Below, one piece after another: positions 46,169 to 58,454 of a stretch of DNA of 64,000 nucleotides. The DNA lies in contig CP104974.1 in assembly GCA_025452255.1 (NCBI GenBank), positions 2,022,156-2,086,155 on the forward strand. Direction: 5' to 3'. A program made the translations under genes and the position numbers. The notes beneath the pieces were generated by a model. That model was not told the origin of the DNA and ran no database searches. It saw nothing but the letters and a program-made list of their open reading frames with translations. Each line of letters starts with the position of its first letter. The stretch's first letter is position 1. Source of the DNA: Devosia sp. A8/3-2. Its GTDB lineage: Bacteria > Pseudomonadota > Alphaproteobacteria > Rhizobiales > Devosiaceae.

Positions 46169-46783
46169 ATGTCCAAACTCAAGATTGCCGTGATTATCTC
46201 GTCCACTCGCCCGACCCGCTTTGGTGAACTGCCCGCCCAGTGGATCGCCGACAAGGTCAATGAACGTGCTGAATTGCAGGCCGAAATCGTCGACCTGCGT
46301 GATTTCAATCTGCCGTTCTTTGACGAAATGGCTTCCAATGCCCGGATGCCTTCGGTCAATGCGGAAGCCATCCGGTGGCAGAACAAGATCAGCGAATTCG
46401 ATGGTTATATCTTCGTGACCGCTGAATATAACCGCTCGATCACCGGCGCGCTGAAGAACGCTCTCGACCGGGCCTATGTGAACTGGAACAAGAAGCCGTT
46501 CGGCGCTGTTGGTTATGGTTCGGTTGGTGGCGCCCGTGCCGTCGAACACCTGCGCAATATCGGTGTCGAGCTGCAGATGGTCCCGACGCGTTCAGCTGTG
46601 CATATCGCCGGCGCAGATTTCATGTCGGTGCATCCCGGCTACGGTGGCACCAAGGCCGTTGCAGACCTCGAAGCCTCGATCGGCAACTCCGCCAATGACA
46701 TGCTGAACCAGCTGATCTGGTGGGCCAAGGCAACCAAGGCTGCGCGTGACGAAGACGCTGCGCTCGCCCGAGCCGCCGAATAA
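46169..46783 (+). CDS. NAD(P)H-dependent FMN reductase family oxidoreductase.
   Basis: Intact. MSKLKIAVIISSTRPTRFGELPAQW...GYIFVTAEYNRSITGALKNALD (flavodoxin-like NADPH-dependent FMN reductase signature). Confidence 0.85.
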   Translation: MSKLKIAVIISSTRPTRFGELPAQWIADKVNERAELQAEIVDLRDFNLPFFDEMASNARMPSVNAEAIRWQNKISEFDGYIFVTAEYNRSITGALKNALDRAYVNWNKKPFGAVGYGSVGGARAVEHLRNIGVELQMVPTRSAVHIAGADFMSVHPGYGGTKAVADLEASIGNSANDMLNQLIWWAKATKAARDEDAALARAAE

Positions 46784-46816
46784 GTCTTACGAAGACCTCC
46801 AAGCCTTCGTTTACCA

Positions 46817-46850
46817 GCAGGGGCCGTTCCAGAAGGGACGGCCCCTGTTG
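46817..46850 (+). terminator. Hairpin terminator after the FMN reductase gene; the U-run is weak.
   Basis: caggggccgttcc-agaa-gggacggcccctg followed by ttgcatt. Confidence 0.45.
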
Positions 46851-46939
46851 CATTGAACCCAATGTGGCGACATGGTGTTGTGTGTGACTGGCGGCGGGTG
46901 TATAGCGGCGCCCGCCCTGATCAAGAGAGCACAAGGTTC

Positions 46940-48863
46940 ATGACGCAGACGAACGCTGCCGGCGATACCGCCGGAGTCGATGCGAGCGGCGCCGTACATT
47001 CCCATCCCGACAAGCACTTGCCCGTCCTCGTTCTGGGGGCGCTCGGCGTGGTCTATGGGGATATCGGCACGAGCCCGATCTATGCTTTCCGCGAGGCCAT
47101 GCATATCCGCCCCGGCGCCGCCTCGAGCGCCACCGAGATATTGGGCCTGCTCTCGCTGATCGTCTGGGCGCTGACCCTGACCGTCGCGGTCAAATACATC
47201 TTCTTCGTTACGCGCCGACAATAATGGCGAAGGCGGCACGCTCTCGCTGGTCGCCCCGGCCCGCAAGACCTTCACCAATCCGCCCGCCCGGATCACCGGG
47301 CTAGGGGTTGTCGGCGCGGCGCTGTTTTTCGGCGACGCCATTATCACCCCGGCAATGTCGGTGCTTTCGGCCGTCGAGGGCCCGGAAGTGGTGGCGCCCG
47401 ATCTCACCCGCTTTGTGGTACCGATCACTATCGTCATCATCATTGGCATCTTCATGGTGCAGCGCTTCGGCACGGCCAAGGTGTCCATCGTCTTCGGGCC
47501 GATAACGGCGATCTGGTTTCTGACGCTGGCCATATCCGGGCTGGTCCATATCGTGGATTATCCCGTGGTGCTATGGGCGCTCAATCCACTGCTCGGGCTG
47601 GAATTCCCGGCCACCCATATCGGCATTTCCTTTGTCGTCGTCAGCGCGATCTTCTCGGCCGTAACCGGTGCGGAAGCGCTCTATGTCGATCTGGGCCATT
47701 TCGGCCGCAAGCCGATCGTCCTGGCTCGGTTCGGCATGGTGTTTCCCTGCCTGCTGCTCAATTATTTCGGGCAGGGGGCTTTCGTGCTCCGCGTCGGCGT
47801 CGAAAATGTCGAGAGCCCGTTCTTTGAAATGCAGCCCGAATGGGCGCTGGTGCCCTTTGTGGTGCTGGCCACTGCGGCTACGATCATTGCCAGCCGGGCG
47901 GTGATTTCGGGCATGTTCAGTCTGGCGCAGCAGGCCATCGCACTCAACATGCTGCCGCGCATGGTGGTGGAACACACCTCCGAAACCCAGAGCGGCCAAG
48001 TCTACATGCCGCAGATCAATTCCATGCTGATGATCGGCGTGCTGCTGCTGGTCGTGTCGTTCCGTAGTTCGGCCGCCTTGTCGCATGCGTATGGCATTGC
48101 CGTGTCTGGCGTCATGATCGTGACGCTGATGCTACTGGTGGTCGTCATGTGGCGCAATTGGAAGTGGCATCCGCTGGCCGTCATTGCCTTTGGCGTGTTC
48201 TTCGCCATTGTCGATGGCGCGTTCTTTGCCGCCAATGCCTCCAAGCTGTTCCGGGGCGGTTGGGTGCCCGCCGTGGTCGCGGCTCTCGTCGCCGTGGTCA
48301 TGTGGAGCTGGATGGCCGGTCGCCGGCGCCTGTCGGAAAAGACCCGGCGCGACGAAGTGCCGTTGCAATTCTCGGTCGACAATCTCTCCAAGAAAAAGCC
48401 GAATACCGTTCCCGGCACTGCGATCTTCCTCACCAGCGATATCGAAGGCGCGCCGACAGCGCTGCTGCACAGCCTCAAGCACTACAAGGTGCTGCACGAG
48501 CAGAACGTCATCCTCACGGTGCGCACCTCGGCCTCGCCGCGCGTGCCTGACGACGAGAAAGTGACCATCGACGCCTATAACGAGCTGTTCAGCCGTGTCG
48601 TCGTTACCTTCGGCTATATGGAAACTCCCAATATTCCCAAGGCGCTGGTGCTGGGCCGCAAGCTGGGCTGGAAGTTCGACATCATGTCGACATCCTTCTT
48701 CCTGTCCCGCCGCTCGTTGAAGCCCGGGCCGAAGAACGGCCTGATCCGCTATTGGCAGGACCGGTTATTTACGCGGCTGGCCCGCAATGCCAGCGATGCG
48801 ACGGAATATTTCCATATCCCCACCGGTCGCGTCGTGGAAATCGGCACGCAGGTCGTACTGTAG
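46940..48863 (+). CDS. kup: Potassium uptake protein Kup (KUP/HAK/KT family), frameshifted at ~47215.
   Basis: ...[24 protein letters not shown]... (KUP signature), 12 TM segments, and the C-terminal cytoplasmic domain ending ...[10 protein letters not shown]. Confidence 0.92.
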
Positions 48864-50103
48864 TTGGCGGCTGCACTTAAGGCGCTCGATATCGCCATTT
48901 GTGGCGCAGGGCCGGCCGGCCTCGCCAGTGCGCTCTATATGCAGCGGCTGGGCCACAGGCCTACCGTTTTCGAGCGGTTCGATGCGCCCAGACCGTTGGG
49001 ATCTGGCCTGATCCTGCAGCCTACGGGCCGGGCCGTGCTGCATGATCTGGGCCTGCTTGCGGCCATATGCGAACTTGGCGCGCCGCTCGATCGGCTGCAT
49101 GGCGCCGATGCCCGGTCGGGGCGGGTGGTGCTCGATGTGCGCTATGACAGCCTGCCCGGCATTGGCCGGGGTCTGGGTATTCATCGGGCGGCTTTGTTCG
49201 GCGTGTTGCACGATGCGGTGCTCGCCGCCGGCATTCCCATCCGCACGGGGCATGCGATCCAAGCGCTGCGCGATCTATCGGCCGGGCGTCGGGCGATCGT
49301 GCTGGACGGCGAGCGGCAGACCGAGCCGTTCGATCTGGTGATCGATTGTCTGGGTGGTGGTTCGCCGCTGAAGCGATATTCGGCTGGGCAGGGCAAGGCG
49401 CGGGCTTTGCCGTTCGGCGCCATCTGGGGCACGGTGCCTCGGCATGGTGAAGGCTTTGAGCCGACTGCGCTGACGCAGCGCTACCGGCAAGCCAGTGTCA
49501 TGATTGGCATATTGCCCATTGGGCGGTCGGTGCCGGAGGGGCCGGAGCTGGCGGCCTTTTCTGGAGCCTCAAGCCCGCCGACTACGAGGCCATCAGGCAA
49601 AGGGGCGTCGCGGCCCGGAAGGCGGAGGTGCTGGCCCATTGGCCTGATGTGCAGCCCTATCTCGACGCCATCGAAGACTTTCCCGTAATGACATTGGCGC
49701 GTTACGCGCATCACACCATGACCGTTCCGGCAGGAGAGGCGCTGGCCTTTGTCGGCGACAGCGCCCATTCGGCCAGTCCACAATTGGGGCAGGGGGCCAA
49801 TATGGCGCTGCTCGACGCCGGGGCGCTTCACCTTGCCTTGCGCGATCATCCAACCGATTTGAGCAGGGCGCTGGCGCATTATGCCAAGCTAAGGCGCGGC
49901 CATGTCAGGCTCTATCAGGCGCTCAGCGCCATGTTCACCCTGTTCTATCAATCCGATAGCCGTGTGCTGCCTTTGATACGAGATCTGTTTGTTTCGGCGC
50001 TGGCCAAAGTGCCGCCTGCGCCGCAATTGCTCGCGGCGATCGTGGCGGGGGCGTTGCTATCGCCGATCAAGACGCTGGAGCTGGAAAAGCCGCCCGGCGT
50101 CTA
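48864..50103 (+). CDS. FAD-dependent monooxygenase (UbiH/salicylate hydroxylase-like), frameshifted at ~49565.
   Basis: The DIAICGAGPAGLASAL dinucleotide-binding motif. ...FVGDSAHSASPQLGQGANMALLDAGAL (the GD/FAD-ribityl motif) lies in the second frame. Confidence 0.85.
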
Positions 50104-50105
50104 GG

Positions 50106-50540
50106 CTACTTCACCATGTCCGGGCAGACATAGGGCACGCTTGCCAGCGCGAAATGCTGTTTCTGCACATCGCTGCCCAGCTTGAGGCTGAGCACCAGTT
50201 CGGTGGCGCTGATGCTGGAAATATCGGCATTGATGGTCATGCCGTCCTCGTCCCAGCTGATCGCGGTGTCGGAAACCTGCTGCCACTTGGACAGCCGATA
50301 GGTTTCCCAGCAGCTGTCGGAAACCAAGGTGCCGTCCCCGAGGAAAATCTGCATCGGGCCGGGGCGCGATGGATCATCATCGGTGCGGACCCAGACCTTG
50401 TTGAGCAGCGGGTTTGCCGTTTCCCCGGCATCGTCGGTGGCGTCCTCGACGTCCCGGGTATCTCGGCCTGTAGCGGGCAAAGTCGCCGCGCCAACGCCCC
50501 AAACGCTCAGCAAAGCAATGATCGCAGCCTTGGTATCCAT
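50106..50540 (-). CDS. Secreted hypothetical protein of 144 aa.
   Basis: Signal peptide MDTKAAIIALLSVWGVGAATLPATG. No recognisable domain. Intact. Confidence 0.5.
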   Translation of the reverse strand: MDTKAAIIALLSVWGVGAATLPATGRDTRDVEDATDDAGETANPLLNKVWVRTDDDPSRPGPMQIFLGDGTLVSDSCWETYRLSKWQQVSDTAISWDEDGMTINADISSISATELVLSLKLGSDVQKQHFALASVPYVCPDMVK

Positions 50541-50637
50541 CCGGCACTTCTCCCGTGTCTCACCATGCATCTGGTGATTATCCCCGCGCCTGCCAAGGGA
50601 GCGGGTTAAAAACAGCGTTTTTGCGTTGGCTGCGCCG

Positions 50638-51762
50638 CTATTCGGCAATGACGCTCATTACGCGCTGCCATTCCTTCACGCGCTTGGTCTGGTTCGGCCA
50701 TAGATCGTAATCGGTAATGCCGAGTGTCTTTTGGGCATGCTGGGGCCAGTTCGGATCATTGAGCGCACCGCGCGCCAAGGCGATGAAATCGGTGTCGCCG
50801 TTGGCGATCAGGGCATCGTCGGCCTCTGGGTCGCCGCCGAGCAGGCCCACGGCCATGACGGGAATATCGGCGCCATCGCGCACAGCCTTGGCCAGCGGCA
50901 CCTGATAGGCCGGCCCGGTCTTGATCGAGGTGCCATCAAAGCCGCCGCTCGAACAATCGATGGCGTCGACGCCCCGCGCCTTGAGCTCGCTCGCCAGCAC
51001 GACGCTATCTTCGGTCTGCCAGCCATCGGGATGATGATCGCTGACCGACAGGCGCACCAGCAGGGGCTTGTCCATGGGCCAGACGGCGCGCACTGCCTCG
51101 GTCACTTCCAGCACCAGCCGCATGCGATTTTCCCGGCTGCCGCCATAGCGATCGGTGCGCTTGTTGGCGAGCGGGGAGAGGAATTGATTGAGCAGATAGC
51201 CATGCGCCGCGTGGATTTCGATTGTGTCGAACCCGGCTTGGTTGGCGCGCACGGCCGCCGCAGCGAAAGCCTCGATGATATTGCTGATGCCCGCTTCGTC
51301 CAGCTCGGTTGGCTTGGTGAAATTGCGGTTTTCGGCGTGGATAACCGGGCTCGGCCCCACCGGCGTCCAGCTTTCAAAGCCGACAGCATGCTTTTCCGCC
51401 TCGGTCTCGTCAAAGCCGTTGCGCCACGGCACGGGAGTAGAAGCCTTGCGGCCGGCATGGGCGAGCTGGATGCCCGCTGCCACGCCCCGGCTCTGGATGA
51501 ATTGTACGATCCGGGCGAGGGCTGGGATATGCTCGTCTTTCCACAGGCCCAGATCGCCATAGGAGATACGGCCTTCCGGCACCACGCCGGTTGCTTCCAC
51601 GATCACCAGCCCAAACCCGCCAATGGCGAAGCGCCCCAGATGCACCAGATGCCAGTCGGTGGCAAAGCCGTCCTTGGCCGAATATTGGCACATGGGGGCG
51701 ACGACGGTGCGATTGCGCAGGGTAACGCCGCGCAGGGTGGCAGGCGAGAAAAGCTGGGGCAT
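50638..51762 (-). CDS. NADH:flavin oxidoreductase, Old Yellow Enzyme family.
   Basis: Intact 374 aa. ...VAPMCQYSAKDGFATDWHLVHLGRFAIGGFGLVIVEATGVVPEGRIS... and HAAHGYLLNQFLSPLANKRTDRYGGS. Confidence 0.92.
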   Translation of the reverse strand: MPQLFSPATLRGVTLRNRTVVAPMCQYSAKDGFATDWHLVHLGRFAIGGFGLVIVEATGVVPEGRISYGDLGLWKDEHIPALARIVQFIQSRGVAAGIQLAHAGRKASTPVPWRNGFDETEAEKHAVGFESWTPVGPSPVIHAENRNFTKPTELDEAGISNIIEAFAAAAVRANQAGFDTIEIHAAHGYLLNQFLSPLANKRTDRYGGSRENRMRLVLEVTEAVRAVWPMDKPLLVRLSVSDHHPDGWQTEDSVVLASELKARGVDAIDCSSGGFDGTSIKTGPAYQVPLAKAVRDGADIPVMAVGLLGGDPEADDALIANGDTDFIALARGALNDPNWPQHAQKTLGITDYDLWPNQTKRVKEWQRVMSVIAE

Positions 51763-51975
51763 GGGGGCTCGTGGAGGTCAAACAGGGCCGGGAGGCGGCC
51801 GCCCCAAGCATGCACATTCCTACATCCATCGGCAAGCGCCGATGGAACATTCACTGAGGCCGGCCTGCAAATGGCGGTTCTCTGCGCTTCCGGTGCTCAC
51901 GTATCAAAAGTACGCTGCGCTCCGGTTCTCGATAACCACCATTTTCGGCTCAGCCTGAGTGAATGTCGATTGATC

Positions 51976-53409
51976 CTATTGCGCCGTTGCAAAGCTCGAT
52001 TGCGTCGTCTGCCGGCCGACCAGCCCGGTCATTCGGAGGGCGGCCAAGAAGGCCAGTGCCGCCACTGCTGCTCCGAGGACGAAGACGGGGATGATGGCGT
52101 GGTGGATCTGGTCGGCGGTGACCGCAGTGGCAAAGCCTGCCGAATTGGCGGCCACCCCGGCCAGTGCCGCGCCGATGGCATTGCCGGCCGATTGGGTGGT
52201 GGGCAGCAGGGCCGAGGTGCGGTCACGGTCGGCGTCGCTGGCCGATTCCATCAACGTCAGGTTGAGATAGCCGTTGCACATGCCAAATCCGGCGCCGATT
52301 GCCAGCTGGGCGATGAGCACGATGGCGATCTGGCTCGTGAGCAAGCCCACCAGCACACCGAGGAGGCCAAGCGTGACCGGGGCAGGGCCGGTGCGGATCA
52401 GCACTTTACGCGTCTCGCGCTGGCGCACATTGGCCACGGCGATGGCCGACAGGCTCCGGGCCACGGCCATGACCGCGCCGATAGCACCGGCCAGCGTCGG
52501 GCCATAGCCCCACAGCTGCTGCACTAGCAGCACCAGATAGACCGCGGCGGAAGCGCCGGCGATGGGCATGAGCAGCACGACCCAGAAGCCGCTGCCGATC
52601 ACCGAATTGGGCCAGAAGGCGCCGGTCGGCATCAGGCGGACGCGGCTGCGCCGGTCGAGCAGGACCGAGCCGACCAGCAGCACGGCGGCGCCGATCAGCA
52701 ATGCCGTCGCCTGCAGTGGCGGAGCAATGCTGGCCGGGGCGACCAGCATGATGCCACCGCCAATGGTGAGCAGGCGAATGCCGGGGAAGCCGGGGCTTTG
52801 CGTGTCAGCGTCTTTGGTCTTGCCGGGCACGACGAACATCACCATCACGGCAAAGATCAGTACCAGCGGCACATTGACCGAGAATGCGGCGCGCCAGGAC
52901 ACCAGTTCGGTCAAAAGCCCCGCGAGCAATGGCCCGCCAAAGGCCGCCACAGCCCAGACCGAGGCACGGGTGCCGAACACTTTGGGCACCAGCCGGGACG
53001 GGAAAAGCTCGGGAATCAGTGCAAAACAGATCGCCGCCACAATGCCTTCGCCCGGGCCCCGGAACGAGCGGCCGATCAGCACTTCCGTCATGGTGGAGGC
53101 ATTGGAGGCGATCAGCGTGCCGACCGGGAACACGGCGCTGGAGGCCGGGAGCGCGGTGCGCGAGCCCAGCCGCTGCTTGATCAACGCGGCGCCGGCGCCG
53201 CCCATGATGGCAAAGACCAGATAGAGCGTCAGCGCCCGAGAAATCAACTCGATCCCGCCCAGATGCAGCACCGCGGTGGGCAGCGCCGTGCCGGCCAGAA
53301 ACGCATTGAACGCGAAGAGCGCGACGCCTGTGCACAGGATCAGCGTTATCGTGGCATAGCGCGGCGCAAAGATCTCGGCCCAGCTGCCGCTGCTGGAAGT
53401 TTCAGACAT
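51976..53409 (-). CDS. MFS transporter (DHA2/EmrB-like, 14 TM).
   Basis: Intact 477 aa and highly hydrophobic. An MFS-type motif ...GLLTELVSWRAAF... is present. Confidence 0.8.
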   Translation of the reverse strand: MSETSSSGSWAEIFAPRYATITLILCTGVALFAFNAFLAGTALPTAVLHLGGIELISRALTLYLVFAIMGGAGAALIKQRLGSRTALPASSAVFPVGTLIASNASTMTEVLIGRSFRGPGEGIVAAICFALIPELFPSRLVPKVFGTRASVWAVAAFGGPLLAGLLTELVSWRAAFSVNVPLVLIFAVMVMFVVPGKTKDADTQSPGFPGIRLLTIGGGIMLVAPASIAPPLQATALLIGAAVLLVGSVLLDRRSRVRLMPTGAFWPNSVIGSGFWVVLLMPIAGASAAVYLVLLVQQLWGYGPTLAGAIGAVMAVARSLSAIAVANVRQRETRKVLIRTGPAPVTLGLLGVLVGLLTSQIAIVLIAQLAIGAGFGMCNGYLNLTLMESASDADRDRTSALLPTTQSAGNAIGAALAGVAANSAGFATAVTADQIHHAIIPVFVLGAAVAALAFLAALRMTGLVGRQTTQSSFATAQ

Positions 53410-53630
53410 ATAAGCCTCCTCGGAATAAACAAGTTGTGTCTTGTTATATCCGGCAAATTAAAAAAGCAATCTCTTGTTTTATTCGTGGTGTCGAAATCCG
53501 CCCTTGGGGTGAGGCTAGCACAGGCGTGGCCGGAAAAATGGCGGGCATGTCGTTTTGCGGCTGGTTTGCTCGTCGTGTGGTCAAAGCCGGCCATTGTGGC
53601 CCGAGCTAACGTGCTCGAATGGAGACCGCC

Positions 53631-54520
53631 ATGTTCGCACGCTTGTTTCGCTCACTTGTCGCGCTGACGGCATTCGCCGCCGCCAATCCAGCCCTTGCTC
53701 AAACCGCTGAGGAGACCCCAACCATGCCCACTCCCGTTCAATCAGGCTATGCTCCAGTCAATGACGTCGAAATTTATTATGAGGTGCATGGGCAGGGCAC
53801 GCCCATCGTTCTGCTGCATGGCGGGCTGATGTCGGCCAGCAGCTTCGCGCCGATCATCGAGACCCCGGCCGAGAATCACCAAGTCATCGGCATCGACCTG
53901 CAAGGGCATGGTCATACGTTGCCGTTTGAGCGGCCGATGAGCTTTGAGGCCATGGCCGCCGACGTTGCCGGCGTTATCGAATATCTGAAATTGGACGATC
54001 CCGCCGTGCTTGGCTATTCGCTGGGGGCGACAACTGCGCTGCGCTCGGCACTCGATCGCCCTGAACTTGTCGGTAAGCTGATCATGGTGTCCGCTCCCTA
54101 TGCGTTCGAGGGCTGGCACAGCTATAATTCCGAAGGCATGCGCAGCATGACCGGCGAGATGGCGGCCAGCATGGTGGGCACGCCGCTCTATAATGGCTAT
54201 GCCGCCGAACAGCCCGATGCGGAGAAGAATTTCCCGATTCTTCTCGACAAGGTGGGCGACATGATGCGGAAAGGCTTCGATTATTCCGCCGAGATCGAAA
54301 ACCTCAAAATGCCGACCATGCTGGTCTATGCCGATTGGGATGCCGTAAAGACCAGCCACAGCGCGCTTCTTCGAGCTGCTGGGTGGCGGCCTCAATGACG
54401 CAGGCTGGGACGGCTCCGGCATGAACGAGAACCGGCTGGCGATCATTCTCGGGCTAACCCATTACACGATGATAACGCCGCAACTGGCCGAGGTCGCGCT
54501 TGGATTCATTGATGGCTGAT
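53631..54520 (+). CDS. Secreted alpha/beta hydrolase, frameshifted at ~54365.
   Basis: Signal peptide MFARLFRSLVALTAFAAANPALA, HGGLMSASSF (oxyanion HGG) and the nucleophile elbow GYSLGA. Confidence 0.8.
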
Positions 54521-54535
54521 TGGTAACGGCCTATT

Positions 54536-55213
54536 CTACCAGCCGGTAACCGACGCCTGTCTCGCTGACCAGTGCCGTGGGGCCTTCGGGTCCGCTTCGA
54601 GCTTGGCTCGAAGTTGGGCGATGACGACGCGCAGATATTGCACGTCGTCCCGGTGGGCGGGGCCCCAGACCACGGTCAGCGCCCGGCGATGGGTCACCAC
54701 CCGGTTGGCATGGGCAGCCGGGAGGGCAAAGAGGTCGAACTCCTTGGGCGTCAGGTGCACCGGCACGCCATCGACCAGCACGTGGCGGAGCTCGAGGTTG
54801 AGCACGAGATTGCCAAAGCGCTGTTGGGCGACTGGGGTTTCCCCCAATCCGGGCTGGCGGAGCGCGACGCGAATGCGGGCCAGCAATTCGCCAATGCCGA
54901 ATGGCTTTTCGACATAGTCGTTGGCGCCCGAGTCGAGCGCAGCGATCTTTTCGATTTCTCGGTCGCGCGCAGAGAGGACGATAATGGGTACCGCCGAGAA
55001 GGCCCGCACGGTTTCAATGACGGTCTTGCCATCGCCATCGGGCAGACCGAGATCGAGCACGATGAGCGCAGGGGCGCGGGTGGCAGCGAGGCGCTTGGCT
55101 TCGGCGGCGGTGGCGGCGGTTTCGACATCAAAGCCCGCCGCGAGCAGCGCCGGCTTGAGGAAGCGCTGGATTTGCGGCTCGTCATCGACCACCAGAATGC
55201 GCTGCTGCATCAA
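54536..55213 (-). CDS. kdpE: KDP operon response regulator KdpE (OmpR family).
   Basis: Intact. MMQQRILVVDDEPQIQRFL...LDLGLPDGDG..., and a winged-helix C-terminus. Confidence 0.92.
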   Translation of the reverse strand: MMQQRILVVDDEPQIQRFLKPALLAAGFDVETAATAAEAKRLAATRAPALIVLDLGLPDGDGKTVIETVRAFSAVPIIVLSARDREIEKIAALDSGANDYVEKPFGIGELLARIRVALRQPGLGETPVAQQRFGNLVLNLELRHVLVDGVPVHLTPKEFDLFALPAAHANRVVTHRRALTVVWGPAHRDDVQYLRVVIAQLRAKLEADPKAPRHWSARQASVTGW

Positions 55214-57872
55214 ACAGCCCTTCCCGGATTGGCCGGGGGCAGGCGCAGGGTGAAGCGGGTGCCGCGCTTGCGGATGGCGGGGCTGGTCGCCTTGATGGAG
55301 CCGCCCATGGCGGCCATCAGGCCCCGCGCGATGGAAAGGCCCGGGCCGGTGCCGGCAGGGCGGCCATCGCCCTTGGCGCGGCGGTAGAATTTGTCGAAGA
55401 TTTTTTCGAGATCGGCTTCGGGAATGCCCTTGCCCTGATCGGTCACCGCAATGCTGGCCGCGCCATCCTCGGCGCGGGCATAGATGGTAACGGGCTGGTC
55501 GCCGCCACCATATTTGCGCGCATTGTCGAGCAGGTTGAACAGCACCTGTTCGAGCAGCACGGCGTCGCCCAAGGCGCGGGGCAGACCGGGCGCGATACTG
55601 GTGTCGATGATCAGATCAGGGTGCAATTTGCGGGCCCGGGCAGTGCTGGTGTCGATAATGGCGGAAAGATCGATCGGCTCGCGCCGCGCCTTCATCATAC
55701 CCGCTTCGATGCGGGTCATGTCGAAGAGATTGGCGACGAAACGATTGAGGCGCCCGGCCTCTTCCTCGATCGACAGCAGCAGATCGGCCCGGCTCTCGGC
55801 CGGCATCTTGTCGCCGAGCTGGCGCAGGCTGGTCACCGCCCCGGTGATCGAGGCGAGAGGGGTGCGCAGGTCATGCGAGAGCGAGGAGAGCAAAGCCGAT
55901 TGCACCTTTTCGCTTTCGCGCGCCAGTGAGGCCACGGCGCTTTCGCGCGTCAGGCGGGCCCGGTCCAGCGCAATGGCGGATTGATCGAGCAGGGCGACCC
56001 GGTGCGCTCTTCGTCCGGCGCCAGCGGGATGTCGCGCGGACCCATGACGAGGCCCGCCACACCCAGCAGGCGCTGGGCCGAGATGATGGGGCGGAACAGA
56101 TAATGGATCTGCGGCAGCGTGCCGGTCAGAAAGCCGGCCGGCTCCTTCTTGTCGAAGGCCCAGCGCGCGGCTGTCAGCTCGGCTGCGCCCAGCGCCCGGT
56201 CGGGCGGCCGGGCGGCAGCGGGCAGCAGGTCGCCGGATCCGTCGGGCACCAGTACGATAGCCGGCCGGCCCGAGCTGGTATTGAGGTGGCTGGCAATGGC
56301 GTCGAGCACGCTTTCGCGGCCATGCGCGGCCGAAAGCTTGCGCGAAAAATCGAGCAAAGCTCGGCTCTGCCGCGCCTGCTGGCGCGAGAGTGTAGCGCTT
56401 TCGCGCAGGCGGGCGGCGAGCTGGCCGGCGGCTAAAGCCACAGCGATGAAGATCACCAGCGACAGCACTTCCTGCGGCTGGGCCACGGTCAATTCGCCGG
56501 TGGGCTCGATGAAGAAGAAGTTATAGGCGAGGAACGACAGCCCCGCCGCGATCAGCGCCGAGCCGCGCCCGGCAATCACCGCCGAAACCAGCACCGCGGC
56601 GAGATAGAGCATGGAGAGGTTCTGCAGCGCGACCAGCGCCGTCAGGCCGAGGCCGAACAGCGTGGTGGCGCCGACCGAGATCAATGGCAGGCCCGGGGTC
56701 AGCGCCCATTCGGGCAGGCTGGGCCATTTGCGGGTGCGGCGGGCGGTGGCAGAGGCCTCACCGGGCACGATGTGAATGCCGATCTCGCCGGCCTCGCGCA
56801 GCAGCGCATCGGGCAGCGAGCGGCGGAACCAGCTTCTGGTGGCGGGGCGGCCGATAACGATCTGGGTAATATGCTCGCGCCTTGCCATGCGCAGGATGGC
56901 GTCGACGAAATCGCTGGCGCTTTCCCGGCGGGTTTCGGCGCCCAGCCGCTCGGCCGGGCGCAGGGTTTCCTCCAGCTGTTCGGCCTCGGCAGGAGCGGGC
57001 AAGGGTGAGCCCGGCCTTGTCAGCGACACGACCAGCCAGCGCGCATTGAGCCCCGAGGCGAGACGGCTGGCCACTCGCACCACGCTTTCGGACATGGCAT
57101 CGGGGCCAACGCAAACCAGCAGGCGTTCGCCAGTGGCCCGGGGCCTTCCACGGCGCTTTGGCGCAGGAAATCCACCATCTGGTCATCCACCCGGTCGGCG
57201 GCGCGGCGCAGGGCCAGTTCGCGCAGGGCGGTGAGGGTGGCGGGCTTGAAAAATCCGTCCAGCGCCCGCTTGGCATTATCGGGCATATAGACCTTGCCCG
57301 CATTAAGCCGGGCGATCAGCTCGGCGGGCGGCAGATCGACCGGGATCACCTCATCGGCCCTTTTGAGCACGATATCGGGCACCGTCTCGCGCACCGGAAT
57401 CCCGGCAATGCGGGCGACGAGGTCGGAGAGGCTTTCGAGGTGCTGGATATTGAGCGCGGTCCACACATCGATCCCTGCGCCAACCAGCTCGGCAATGTCC
57501 TGAAAGCGCTTGGGGTGGCGCGAGCCGGCGGCGTTGGTATGCGCCAATTCGTCCACGATCAGCAAAGCGGGGCTCCGGGCCAGAGCCGCATCGAGATCGA
57601 ACTCACCATAGGGCGTGTCGCCATTCTGGCGGGGAGTACTTCTGATGCCTTCGGCCAGTTTGGCGGTTTCACTGCGGCCATGGGTTTCGACGAGGCCTAT
57701 GACCACGTCGATGCCGCTGGCCTTGAGCCCGCGCGCCCGTTCGAGCATGGCATAGGTTTTCCCCACGCCCGGAGCCGCACCGAGAAACACGGTCAGCTTG
57801 CCACGGCCTTCGCGCGGCAAGCTGGAGCAGGACGGCGGGGTCCGGCCGGTCGGTTTCGGTCTGGCGAGCCAT
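55210..57872 (-). CDS. kdpD: Sensor histidine kinase KdpD, frameshifted at ~55940, ~57100 and ~57790.
   Basis: N-terminal KdpD domain GKLTVFLGAAPGVGKTYAMLERA, Usp region, TM region, H-box SHDLRTPLASI and the ATPase G-boxes (DQGKGIP, GTGPGLSI). Confidence 0.9.
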
Positions 57873-57873
57873 A

Positions 57874-58440
57874 TCAATTCCCGAGGGGAGCGGCCTCGTC
57901 CAGCGCCAGATTAAGACGCAGCACGTTGACGCGCATTTCCCCGAATATACCCAAAGCCGGCCCCTCCGTCACATCCGCGACGAGCTTGGCGATTGTCGCC
58001 GGTTCTGACCCGCGCGCCCGGGCAACGCGCTCGATCTGCCGGGCCGCATATTGTGGGGTGATATGGGGATCAAGCCCCGAGCCGGAAGTGGTGACCGCGT
58101 CGGCCGGCACCGGTCCACCGCCCATGGCCTGCACCGAGTCGGCGACGCGGTCGACCAGCGCCTTGCCGGTCGGCCCAATATTGGAGCCGCTCGAGGCGGC
58201 GGCATTATAAGGCTCGGGCCCGGTAGCCGAGGGGCGCGGCCAGAAATATTTCGGCTCGGCGAAATTCTGCCCGATCAGGTCGGAGCCGATGGTGACGCCA
58301 TCCCGCTCGATACGGCTGCCATTGGCCTGCCCGGGAAAGGCGACCTGCGCCGCCGCGGTGATGGCGAGGGGATAGGCCAGCCCCGTGACGGCCGAGAGCA
58401 GCACGGTGAGGACGATGGCGGGACGGATTTGGTTGAGCAT
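57874..58440 (-). CDS. kdpC: K+-transporting ATPase subunit C.
   Basis: Intact. MLNQIRPAIVLTVLLSAVTGLAYPLAITAAAQVAFPGQANGS...VTTSGSGLDPHI. Confidence 0.93.
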   Translation of the reverse strand: MLNQIRPAIVLTVLLSAVTGLAYPLAITAAAQVAFPGQANGSRIERDGVTIGSDLIGQNFAEPKYFWPRPSATGPEPYNAAASSGSNIGPTGKALVDRVADSVQAMGGGPVPADAVTTSGSGLDPHITPQYAARQIERVARARGSEPATIAKLVADVTEGPALGIFGEMRVNVLRLNLALDEAAPLGN

Positions 58441-58454
58441 TTTCTTTGCTCCTT

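Noticed and set aside
57158-58210. 350-aa plus-strand ORF across kdpD/kdpC.
   Set aside because: Antisense to well-supported kdp genes.
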